Of a stretch of 14,912 nt of DNA, positions 1-7,988 are shown piece by piece. The notes under the pieces are model-generated. The model was not told the origin of the DNA. It searched no databases and worked only from the letters and a program-made list of their open reading frames with translations. Within the stretch, counting starts at the first letter, position 1; every line of letters starts with the position of its first letter. Source of the DNA: Deltaproteobacteria bacterium TL4 (lineage in GTDB: Bacteria; SAR324; NAC60-12); NCBI GenBank assembly GCA_051382335.1, contig JBBCAX010000189.1:1-14912 (forward strand), in the 5' to 3' direction. The position numbers were made by a program, and so were the translations under genes.

Positions 1-1
1 A

Positions 2-67
2 AAACTATTAAATCCAATTAATTCCTGGAGGGAAGATATCAACATTTGGAAACTATGTCATCAGTAA
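2..67 (+). other. Possible 3' end of a CDS entering from the left edge (possibly a transposase)
   Basis: Frame 2 is open from the window start to TAA at 65-67 (KLLNPINSWREDINIWKLCHQ*). It ends about 50 bp before the putative IS terminus at 115. Too short to identify. Confidence 0.2.
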
Positions 68-361
68 AGGATCCTCGGATCGAAAACGCATGACCCGGAA
101 AATGGGAATGCGCCCCTTTTCAAGTGTCGCATAGGTCAACAAGTTTTTGGCGTCGATCGCGATAACAATGATTTCTGATCCTCCCAGGACCTCTTCCAGT
201 CGATTGAGTGACTGAATAATGGGAAAATCCTGTGGGATCATGTTTTTGATATTAGTATCCACCTGCATATCCGGGACTTGCCAGGCGAAGAGGAGTGTGA
301 TCAACAAGACGCTCGTAAGCAGCGTTTGGGGATACTTCAATACGTAGTCAAGATATTTCAT
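53..361 (-). pseudogene. Truncated MMPL/RND-superfamily transporter (N-terminal ~82 aa only)
   Basis: Strong SD (AAGGAG, 367-372) before ATG 361. An N-terminal TM helix is followed by 'MQVDTNIKNMIPQD...LEEVLGGSEIIVIAI...TLEK', typical of MMPL/RND exporter N-termini, which normally run to more than 700 aa. Here 20 unrelated residues follow, then a stop. Confidence 0.7.
87..116. mobile_element. Putative terminal sequence of an insertion element interrupting the MMPL gene
   Basis: MMPL-like protein character stops after ...TLEK, where the minus strand reads GGGCGCATTCCCATTTTCCGGG. All three minus frames close within about 90 nt. The partner end is not in the window. Confidence 0.35.
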
Positions 362-400
362 TGATACTCCTTTGTGCAAAGAAGTGTTTAAATAACAGAA

Positions 401-525
401 CGTCCAGATGCGTCTTTGTCCCTCTAAGGGTGAGATTGCCCATGATTCGTAACCTCAGTCCCTAGGGGCTTACCAGGAAACTTTCAGGTTCAAGTTCTGG
501 CCAGCTTTTTCTGACGCACGGGGTG
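401..525 (+). ncRNA. Candidate structured RNA (three-way junction); family unassigned, strand uncertain
   Basis: Hand-folded pairings: TGCGTC 409-414 with GACGCA 513-518; a long irregular hairpin 421-468 (CCTCTAAGGG/CCCTAGGGG, TGAG/CTCA); a hairpin 473-500 (CCAG/CTGG, AACTT/AAGTT). Confidence 0.25.
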
Positions 526-539
526 TCGGTTTCTTGTCC

Positions 540-567
540 TTGATTTGCGATTTTAAAATGTTATACT
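540..567 (+). promoter_or_regulatory. Sigma70-type promoter for the TIGR02147 operon
   Basis: TTGATT (540-545), 16-nt spacer, extended -10 TG-T-TATACT (559-567). Confidence 0.55.
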
Positions 568-634
568 ACCCATCTCAAACGGTCAAGATCTGCATTCCCA
601 CGCCATACGTCTTACTTCGATGTGGCTGAAAACG

Positions 635-660
635 GGATCAAGCCGGAATAGGATCAAGCC
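635..660 (+). repeat. Tandem 10-bp direct repeat GGATCAAGCC x2 in the 5' leader
   Basis: Exact copies at 635-644 and 651-660. A related GGTCAAG lies at 581-587. Confidence 0.6.
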
Positions 661-699
661 CTGATCAGAAAATGCTTGAACTTCGCAAGAGGATATTTT

Positions 700-1590
700 A
701 TGAGCGTGGAAAAACTGGTATTTTTATCATTTGAACAAGATCTGCAGCTTGATATCTACCGCTATAGGGATTTCCGGACCATCTTAAAAATCTATTTTGA
801 AGCGTGTAAAGACAACCACGTCAAGTATTCCTATCGTTATTTCACCAAAGCGTTGGGCTTAAATTCACCTGGATATATTCAGTCGATTTTGAATGGGAAA
901 AAAACGCTTTCCGATCGTTTAATGAGGGAATTCATACAAATGATGGGATTACCGCAAAGCTCCAGAGACTATTTTGAGTTGCTTGTGAAGATGGAACGTG
1001 TTGATTTTTCCAGTTCATTGCATCATGAGTATTATCAGGCCGCACAGATGCTTCGAACAAAGAAGATCAAAGTGAAGACCATTAATGAATCCCAAATTGA
1101 TTGTATTTCCTCTTGGTATCACTGGGTTATTCGAGAAATGACTTTACTAAAAGGCGCTCACTTAAAAGTGCAGTGGTTCAGGCGTTGTTTACACAAACTT
1201 GTCCCTTTATCAGGGAAACAAATCATTAAAATCATTGAAGATTTAAAAGAAGCCCATTTGCTGCAAGAGCAGGAAGGAACACTGCTTACACCGGATCCTG
1301 TCTTGAATTTTGCGGATGAATCTATTTCAACTTTACTAAAAATGTATCACCGTGGTACCTTGGAACAAGGGATCCTCAGTTTAGGAACGAAGGCTCATGA
1401 ACGGGAATATGGATCTGTTCTTGCGGCGACAACACCGGAAAAAGTGGCATTAGTTAAAGAAAAACTCAGAAAAACGCGCAGGGAAATTCTTGAAATGCTG
1501 GATGCGCCTGTCGGAGAAGCGACAGAGTTAGTTTCCTTTGCTTATCAATTTTTTCCTGTCGCACAAGCAAAGGAAGATGCTGATGAATGA
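700..1590 (+). CDS. TIGR02147 family protein (N-terminal HTH, C-terminal DUF4423-like domain), putative regulator
   Basis: Motifs 'IYRYRDFRTILK..F', 'YSYRYFTKALGLNSPGYIQSILNGKKTLS', 'YFELLV', 'WYHWVIRE', 'YHR..LE', 'EREY', 'QFFPV'. SD AGAGGA at 688-693 favours ATG 700 over TTG 676. Confidence 0.85.
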   Translation: MSVEKLVFLSFEQDLQLDIYRYRDFRTILKIYFEACKDNHVKYSYRYFTKALGLNSPGYIQSILNGKKTLSDRLMREFIQMMGLPQSSRDYFELLVKMERVDFSSSLHHEYYQAAQMLRTKKIKVKTINESQIDCISSWYHWVIREMTLLKGAHLKVQWFRRCLHKLVPLSGKQIIKIIEDLKEAHLLQEQEGTLLTPDPVLNFADESISTLLKMYHRGTLEQGILSLGTKAHEREYGSVLAATTPEKVALVKEKLRKTRREILEMLDAPVGEATELVSFAYQFFPVAQAKEDADE

Positions 1591-1622
1591 AAATCCGTTA
1601 CACCCATTTCACCAAAGGAACC

Positions 1623-3512
1623 ATGTTCAGTCACCCTGTTGAGAACTCAAAACAAAAAATATGGCGAGCGAGCCTTTCCATCGTAGGGCTGTTTCTTTTT
1701 TTGATCGGCTGTGGAATTGAGTTTGGAAATCCTTCTGATGACGACGGTTCCCGCAAAATCAGTGTGTTGACAGGTGTGGTTGCCGAAGGGAAAGCCATCG
1801 GTGACGCGTCTCTATACTTATGGGACAGGAATGGTCTTAAAACGCAGGTAGGTTCGACTCAGGAGAGTGGAAAGTACCAATTTGAAGTATCCAAAGATGC
1901 GGCATTTCCGGCTTTGCTGTGCGCTATTCCTGACAATCGTCAACCCATGTGTACCCTCCTGGAAAAAAGACCCAGTTCCAGCCATGCGGTGACCCGACAT
2001 ATCAATCCTTTAACTTTTCAAGCATCACTGTTGTGGTCCTCCATGGATTTGACAAAAATCCAGGAGCTTAAAAATGAAACGATCGCGGCACAACTCCAAT
2101 TGAAACATACCTCCAGTTTTGACTCACTGGGACAATCCGTCGTGAATACCGTTTTTGGTGAGGAGATTTCCTTTGATTTGTTTAACAAGGATCCGCAATT
2201 TCAAGCCTACTACGACAATTCTCCCAATCAACCCTCAATCTCCGATCTTATTTTGGACAGTATCGCTCTTGTGGCGTCAAATGAAAACCTCAAAACGGAT
2301 GAGTTCTTACAAAATCAACAAATCCGTACAGAAGTCAAAGCATCACCATTACTTTCAAATCACCGTTTTCAGGTTGCGTTTTCCGCCAGTTATCTTTTGG
2401 CAAATAGAGAAAGCAGCCAAGTGAAAGCCACTTTAAATGGAGTTGTGGTCAGTGAACCCTTCACCTCGAACATTCAGCAAATCACAACCTCTATTGAGCC
2501 CTTGCATCAAGACGCTTTAGCTTGGGAATTCACACGAAGCGAACAACAATTGATGTTTCAATTTGTCTTGGAAACGTTGGTATGGGTCATCAATGAGGAG
2601 CAGAATATTGGGACAGAAATGACCTCGGAAGCGCTGGGATATTTAGTGCAAAATGTGGTTCAAACGGTGGATCACGAATTGATTCGTCTCATAACGGCAC
2701 AGCGAGGGACCAACACCGAGCCCACCGTGTTAGAAACCGCTTTCAACAACGCGGCTCAGCAAACGGGATATTTAATTGCGCATTTGTCAACAGCCCAAAT
2801 TATGAACAACTCTGCCTTAGGTGCTCTGCAGCAGGAAGTAGAACCTGTCATTGCCTCAGTCTTTGAGTTATTCGTCAAGAACACCACGGTTCAATCGGAT
2901 GAAAGTGCTTTTTTGGAGGAGATTCAGGTATCTCAACGGGAAATCCAGCCTATTGTCGAAACGGCTGTGGAACATATAGAACAGAAGCCCCCACTGACTG
3001 CCTTTATTAAACCTCAGGGCGATCGTCCACCAGAACCTCCGAAGGGAATAGCGGCATTGACTTCAGGCATTTTGATCCACCTGGAAGATCTCGACAAAGT
3101 CACTGTCGCCTCCTCAAGTCAAGTGCTGGCGTTCAATGAAGGCGATGGCAAAATTCAAATGAGGATTGATTTTACCCATCAAGAAGTCAACGAGTCCCTT
3201 CTGCTGGAAGGAGTATTCAGTCAAAACAATGCGGCGCAGGGGGAAATGTTCCTAGCAAAAAAAACATCGACAACCCAGGAAACTCATGAACTTCTAGGGC
3301 ATTGGAATGCTGTTGTGGAAAATAACAGACTTACCAAATTCAAGCTAACGGATCGTTTTGGAGGCACCTTTCATCCCTTTCAACTCAAGATTGAAGTCCC
3401 TGTTGAACAGAATGGATGGATTACAGGAGCAGTGATATTTCTGGACAACCGACCCGATCCCCTAAAACCAAGGCCTCCTGTGGTGTTGGTTTTAGGCAAA
3501 GGTAAAAACTGA
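1623..3512 (+). CDS. Hypothetical lipoprotein (~630 aa)
   Basis: Long ORF with a hydrophobic stretch and lipobox L-I-G-C (Cys codon 1710-1712) followed by GIEFGNP. SD AAGGA precedes ATG 1623. The alternative start at 1587 overlaps the upstream stop (ATGA). Confidence 0.75.
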   Translation: MFSHPVENSKQKIWRASLSIVGLFLFLIGCGIEFGNPSDDDGSRKISVLTGVVAEGKAIGDASLYLWDRNGLKTQVGSTQESGKYQFEVSKDAAFPALLCAIPDNRQPMCTLLEKRPSSSHAVTRHINPLTFQASLLWSSMDLTKIQELKNETIAAQLQLKHTSSFDSLGQSVVNTVFGEEISFDLFNKDPQFQAYYDNSPNQPSISDLILDSIALVASNENLKTDEFLQNQQIRTEVKASPLLSNHRFQVAFSASYLLANRESSQVKATLNGVVVSEPFTSNIQQITTSIEPLHQDALAWEFTRSEQQLMFQFVLETLVWVINEEQNIGTEMTSEALGYLVQNVVQTVDHELIRLITAQRGTNTEPTVLETAFNNAAQQTGYLIAHLSTAQIMNNSALGALQQEVEPVIASVFELFVKNTTVQSDESAFLEEIQVSQREIQPIVETAVEHIEQKPPLTAFIKPQGDRPPEPPKGIAALTSGILIHLEDLDKVTVASSSQVLAFNEGDGKIQMRIDFTHQEVNESLLLEGVFSQNNAAQGEMFLAKKTSTTQETHELLGHWNAVVENNRLTKFKLTDRFGGTFHPFQLKIEVPVEQNGWITGAVIFLDNRPDPLKPRPPVVLVLGKGKN

Positions 3513-3557
3513 ACGGGTTCAAGCTCCGCCATCCCTGTTCCGCCTCAGGTTTTTGTA

Positions 3558-4856
3558 TTATTTGGTGTGAAGAATTTTGGGCCAATACAGAAGAAAATCA
3601 AAAAGGGGAGAATGATTTCCCTTGTGACAATTAGCACACAATTGTGGAACCACAATGGTTGACGCCGTATGGACGGTTGTCACCGCTGCGTGTTGTTTTG
3701 AGGGACCGTGACAGTTTTCACACTGGACATTGATAAAATTAGGGGTGAGGTCGGGGCTCAGGTATCCTTTGTTATTAAATCCAACCACATGGCATTCAAT
3801 ACATTCAGGGTCGTAATGCTTGCCTATTTTTTCCAGGGTTTCAAAGGCCTGTGCATGTTTGGAAGTTTGCCAGACTTCGTAAGCTTTTAAGTGGCAATCC
3901 TTACAACCGGCGACGCCCACGTAAGGCGTGACCTGTTGTTGAAGATCCATTTTATCAAGGTTTTTGAAAAACAGTTCTTTGACTTCATCATCATAGATTT
4001 TGAAGTCATTTTTCAAAACAGGATGTTCTGAAAATTTTGAAGTGAACCAAGTGTAGTTCCATTCAGCAAGGTTCATGGAGAGATCCCCCTCAATCACACC
4101 TTGCCCCTTCGTGGGGACGGACTGAAACAGTTTTCCTGAGGCCTTCATGGCTAAAACCTGATGGACTTCATCATCCTTGTTGTTGCCTGTGATGATTGAA
4201 GTAAATAATTGCGCTTCCGCTATTTGAGACAGTTCATTTTCTGTTCCTCGAAATAGAAGAACTTTGTAATCAGGCTTTTCTTTAAGAAATTGTAATTTCC
4301 AAGTTTCGAATAACTGGGGGGACAACGGTAGAATTGTCTGTTTTTCATTCTTGTTTTGATAGACCATGGTCGGAGACAGAAACCCCCAGATCCCCACTCT
4401 TTTTTTTGTGATCTCTATGATTTTATAGGGTAAAACATGCCAATCGGATTGAGTATTACTCAACATGTAAGGTAATTCCTGACTGAGCGAAGGGATGCCA
4501 TAAAGTAATTCATTAGGTCCTAAAACTATCACCTCCGGTTTGAGTTGAGACAACGCCTTTTGAATGAGTTTGACTTTCAAGGAACCTTGTTCCGAAGGCG
4601 GTGGAAAATTATTTCCCAAATCGGCGTAAATGAAGGACAGCAATTGTTCCCGCTTTTGATCCAAGTAGGTAGCCCTCCTCAATAACCCCCCCTTGTCCCC
4701 TTCCGCACTACAGCCACAGGGTTTGATTTCACCTCGTAAATCGCCTGTCGCAAAAAAATAAAGGCTATTTGCTGATGCCGCAACGGCACTATTTGTGATA
4801 AACAGGGTGATGACCACTGGTAAAATACGAAACATTAACGAAAAAGATAAGCGCAT
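3558..4856 (-). CDS. Exported UshA/5'-nucleotidase-like domain fused to a tetraheme c-type cytochrome (c554-like)
   Basis: Signal peptide (..SAVA). N-terminal 'GDLRGEIKPCGC...GGLLRRATY', 'DLGN', 'LGPNE'. Four CxxCH motifs (CKDCH, CIECH, CENCH, CANCH), plus 'WQTSKHAQA', 'NVQCENCHGP' and 'YWPKI.H'. Start could be 4871, 4856 or 4835. Confidence 0.85.
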   Translation of the reverse strand: MRLSFSLMFRILPVVITLFITNSAVAASANSLYFFATGDLRGEIKPCGCSAEGDKGGLLRRATYLDQKREQLLSFIYADLGNNFPPPSEQGSLKVKLIQKALSQLKPEVIVLGPNELLYGIPSLSQELPYMLSNTQSDWHVLPYKIIEITKKRVGIWGFLSPTMVYQNKNEKQTILPLSPQLFETWKLQFLKEKPDYKVLLFRGTENELSQIAEAQLFTSIITGNNKDDEVHQVLAMKASGKLFQSVPTKGQGVIEGDLSMNLAEWNYTWFTSKFSEHPVLKNDFKIYDDEVKELFFKNLDKMDLQQQVTPYVGVAGCKDCHLKAYEVWQTSKHAQAFETLEKIGKHYDPECIECHVVGFNNKGYLSPDLTPNFINVQCENCHGPSKQHAAVTTVHTASTIVVPQLCANCHKGNHSPLFDFLLYWPKILHTK

Positions 4857-4927
4857 AGTTATTTTTTCCAAATTAGAAATGAGGGTTTTTGTTGATACTT
4901 GGTAACCGAGCTTTAAAAGAATCGTTC

Positions 4928-4956
4928 AATTTAATGGCTTATGCTTAAGATTACAA
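4928..4956 (-). promoter_or_regulatory. Putative sigma70 promoter for the cytochrome gene
   Basis: Minus strand: TTGTAA (4956-4951), 17 nt, TAAATT (4933-4928). Confidence 0.35.
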
Positions 4957-4967
4957 GGAAATTGTAA
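4951..4967. promoter_or_regulatory. Palindromic operator candidate TTACAA-N5-TTGTAA
   Basis: Perfect 6-bp inverted half-sites between the divergent cytochrome and prfC genes, overlapping the putative -35 of the cytochrome gene. Confidence 0.35.
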
Positions 4968-4995
4968 CCAGGCCCTTACTCTGCTCGGATCATCC

Positions 4996-5023
4996 TTGTT
5001 ATTTCCTGATAAAGTGCTATCAT
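4996..5023 (+). promoter_or_regulatory. Putative sigma70 promoter for prfC
   Basis: TTGTTA (4996-5001), 16 nt, extended -10 TG-C-TATCAT (5015-5023). Confidence 0.5.
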
Positions 5024-5080
5024 GCCGCCTTGGCTTCCCCCTTCCAAGGTTGCTCCTAGAGGCATCCTTTTAACCTTCAT

Positions 5081-6679
5081 TTGGATTTTCAATTGATCAA
5101 GTATTACGAAAAGGAAATTAACCGTCGCAGAACTTTTGGTATTGTCAGTCATCCTGATGCTGGAAAAACAACGCTCACAGAAAAAATCCTGCTTTTCGGA
5201 GGGGCGATTCAACTGGCGGGCACCGTGAAGTCCAGAAAAAGCACTCGTCATGCAGTCAGTGACTGGATGAAGATTGAACAGGAACGCGGCATCTCGGTGA
5301 CAACCTCCGTTATGAAATTCACGTATCGTGATTTCGAAATCAATTTTTTGGATACGCCAGGGCACCAGGATTTTTCTGAAGACACCTATCGGGTGCTGAC
5401 CGCGGTTGATAGCGCCTTGGTCGTTATTGATAGTGCAAAAGGGGTTGAACCGCAAACCATTAAGTTGATGGATGTTTGTCGAATGCGCAACACTCCCATC
5501 ATCACTTTCATCAATAAATTGGACAGGGAAGGACTCGCTCCTCTGGATTTAATCGCGGATGTTGAGAAGAATTTAAAAATTGAGTGCGTTCCCATGACCT
5601 GGCCAATTGGGATGGGCAAACGCTTTAAGGGGACCTACAACTTATATCAAAAATCGGTTCATTTATTCTCTTCTACCGAAAGTGACCGGGTTACCGAAGG
5701 AATCCGCATTAGCGATCTGGCGGATTCCCGTTTGGATGAATTGCTAGGATCCCAGGCCGAGGAATTGCGTGAAAATGTGGCCTTGTTGGAAGGTGCGGTC
5801 AACCCCTTGGACATTGACGCTTTTTTAGCGGGGCATCAAACGCCATTGTTTTTTGGCAGTGCCATCAATAATTTTGGTGTTCAGGAACTCCTGGATGCGT
5901 TAGTTAAACTGGCGCCTCCTCCGCGAGAACGTCAGACGACAACTCGTAGGGTTTCTCCGTATGAAGAAGACTTTTCAGGAGTCGTTTTTAAAATTCAAGC
6001 GAATATGAATCCCGCTCATCGAGACCGGATTGCTTTTTTGCGGATTTGTTCCGGAAAATTCACACGCGGCATGAAAATACGCCATCATCGTACAGGAAAA
6101 GATATTCAAGTATCGAATCCGATTATTTTCATGTCACAGGAACGTTCGACGGTGGAAGACGCGTTTGCGGGAGATATTATTGGCATTCCCAATCATGGAA
6201 CCATTCAAATCGGGGATACCTTCACTACGAAAGAACCTCTGAAGTTCACAGGCATTCCACATTTTGCTCCTGAGTATTTTCAAATCATCCGGATCGAAAA
6301 TGGCTTGAAGATGAAGCAACTGGAAAAAGGCGTCACTCAATTGGTGGAGGAAGGCGCGGTGCAGCTTTTTCGACCACTGAATTCAAACGATTATGTTTTG
6401 GGGGCTGTCGGCTTGTTGCAGTTGGATGTGATCAAATCCCGCATCAAACAAGAATATGGGGTTGACGCGTTTTATGTCCCTTCACATTTCAATTGTGCTC
6501 GCTGGATCAGTTGCGACGATTCCGAAGTACTCCAAAAATTTAAAAAATCTTTTCCCAGGAATTTTGCCCTGGACGCAAAGAAAAATCTGACTTTTCTGGA
6601 TCGAGATCAATGGACGCTCAACTATACGATAAAAGAGTGGCCGCAAATCACATTTCATGAAAAGATGGAACAACATTAG
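5081..6679 (+). CDS. prfC: Peptide chain release factor 3
   Basis: [88 protein letters not shown]; 532 aa. The TTG start is uncertain. Confidence 0.98.
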   Translation: MDFQLIKYYEKEINRRRTFGIVSHPDAGKTTLTEKILLFGGAIQLAGTVKSRKSTRHAVSDWMKIEQERGISVTTSVMKFTYRDFEINFLDTPGHQDFSEDTYRVLTAVDSALVVIDSAKGVEPQTIKLMDVCRMRNTPIITFINKLDREGLAPLDLIADVEKNLKIECVPMTWPIGMGKRFKGTYNLYQKSVHLFSSTESDRVTEGIRISDLADSRLDELLGSQAEELRENVALLEGAVNPLDIDAFLAGHQTPLFFGSAINNFGVQELLDALVKLAPPPRERQTTTRRVSPYEEDFSGVVFKIQANMNPAHRDRIAFLRICSGKFTRGMKIRHHRTGKDIQVSNPIIFMSQERSTVEDAFAGDIIGIPNHGTIQIGDTFTTKEPLKFTGIPHFAPEYFQIIRIENGLKMKQLEKGVTQLVEEGAVQLFRPLNSNDYVLGAVGLLQLDVIKSRIKQEYGVDAFYVPSHFNCARWISCDDSEVLQKFKKSFPRNFALDAKKNLTFLDRDQWTLNYTIKEWPQITFHEKMEQH

Positions 6680-6692
6680 AAAAGAGATCCTG

Positions 6693-7184
6693 ATGACCAA
6701 TAACGATATTTTACGCCGTGTCCGCTATATTTTTGATTTTAACGATCCCAAAATGATTGCTATCTTTGCGTTAGCCAATCATCAGGTAACGCGGGGACAG
6801 GTCAGCGCCTGGCTTAAAAAAGATGAAGACCCCGCGTTTCAGAAATGTAGCGACACGCAGTTGGCGATTTTTTTAAATGGTTTGATTAACGACAAACGAG
6901 GCAAAAAAGAGGGTCCGCAACCAGAACCTGAGCAGCGTTTAACGAACAATATCATTTTCAGAAAATTAAAAATTGCCTTAAACCTGAAGGCCGAAGACCT
7001 ATTGGAGATCATGAACCAGACGGCTTTGCATCTGAGTAAACACGAACTGAGTGCCTTTTTCCGTCAACCCGATCATCAACATTACCGTGATTGCCAGGAT
7101 CAGGTTTTACGCAATTTTCTAAAAGGACTGCAACTGAAATATCGCGATAACAGCAAAGAACCTCCCTCCCTCAAGGCCAAATAA
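6693..7184 (+). CDS. yehS: DUF1456 family protein (YehS)
   Basis: MTNNDILRRVRY..., FLNGLI..KRG, LTNNIIFRKLKIAL.L, LSKHELSAFFR..DH.HYR.C.DQ.LRNFLKGL. ATG 6693 matches the family N-terminus. Confidence 0.92.
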   Translation: MTNNDILRRVRYIFDFNDPKMIAIFALANHQVTRGQVSAWLKKDEDPAFQKCSDTQLAIFLNGLINDKRGKKEGPQPEPEQRLTNNIIFRKLKIALNLKAEDLLEIMNQTALHLSKHELSAFFRQPDHQHYRDCQDQVLRNFLKGLQLKYRDNSKEPPSLKAK

Positions 7185-7264
7185 GGTTATGAGACCTTGA
7201 GCTTGGAATAAAATGAAAACCAATGGGGGATCAGCGATTATTTTGTTAATTTATGGGGACAAGG

Positions 7265-7927
7265 ATGACGAACGCACTTACATTAAGATTTCGGGAATTG
7301 GTCCAATATTTATCCCAAGGCAACCGAAGTGAATTTGCAGAACTGACAGGCAAAAGTCTTTCCTATGTTTCAAGGATATATCGGGGCTTGAGTTTACCCT
7401 CCATGAAATACCTGCTGCATTTAAGCGCTGAATATGAAATAGATTTGAACTGGTTATTGAAGGGCGAGGGAACATGGAATCCCAAACATCTGGGGGTTCA
7501 ATCGAAAAATGAACTCGTGTATGCGCCGCTTTATGATGTACAAGCGAGTGCCGGGTATGGCAGTTTTGTGCAAAATGAAGAAATACAAGATTACCTTGCC
7601 TTTAAAAAAAGTTGGCTTTCATCCAAACTGCATGTGTCAACAGATTCCATAGCGATGCTGACCGTCAGCGGGGAGAGTATGGAATCCACTTTATACGATG
7701 GGGACATGATCCTGGTAGATTTGTCCTATCATCAGTTTGATCACGAAGGGATTTTTGTTTTGGAAATAGAGGACAGTGTTATGACTAAGCGCCTTCGTAG
7801 GGGGCGAGATGGGGAAATTCGTGTGAGCAGTGATAATCCCGGTTATCCGGAATTTTCAATCAAACCCGAAAATACGAATTCCTTTCACATCGTTGGAAAA
7901 GTGGTTTGGTTTGGACGTAAAATATGA
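7265..7927 (+). CDS. XRE HTH plus S24 peptidase (LexA/CI-like autocleaving repressor)
   Basis: HTH 'NRSEFAELTGKSLSYVSRI' and 'IDLNWLLKGEG'; Ala-Gly cleavage site (ASAG); catalytic Ser (GESM) and Lys (TKRL); 'SSDNPGYP', 'IVGKVVW'. Alternative start 7253. Confidence 0.92.
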   Translation: MTNALTLRFRELVQYLSQGNRSEFAELTGKSLSYVSRIYRGLSLPSMKYLLHLSAEYEIDLNWLLKGEGTWNPKHLGVQSKNELVYAPLYDVQASAGYGSFVQNEEIQDYLAFKKSWLSSKLHVSTDSIAMLTVSGESMESTLYDGDMILVDLSYHQFDHEGIFVLEIEDSVMTKRLRRGRDGEIRVSSDNPGYPEFSIKPENTNSFHIVGKVVWFGRKI

Positions 7928-7988
7928 ATGAGGTTCAATGAGTTTAGAAAAAGAATTGTGGACCCTGGAGTATGAACAAAATTATGAT

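Noticed and set aside
468..494. GGAAACTTTCAGG resembling a glycine riboswitch 3' motif; GAACCTGA on the minus strand resembling TPP
   Set aside because: The upstream glycine core (GGAGA...CCGAAG) and the TPP elements (CTGAGA before, and the GATAATGCC-type stem after) are missing or out of order.
3511..3556. Intrinsic terminator between the convergent lipoprotein and cytochrome genes
   Set aside because: The stem GAACGGG/CCTGTTC has a long loop and is separated from the T tract; too weak to call.
4710..4718. Possible selenocysteine recoding in the UshA-like cytochrome
   Set aside because: Both Cys codons are TGT, and the ORF is uninterrupted.
4976..5455. 159-aa minus-strand ORF overlapping prfC
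   Set aside because: Antisense shadow of a conserved GTPase gene with no recognisable domain. The same applies to 5386-5619, 6046-6273, 6134-6340 and 6482-6700.
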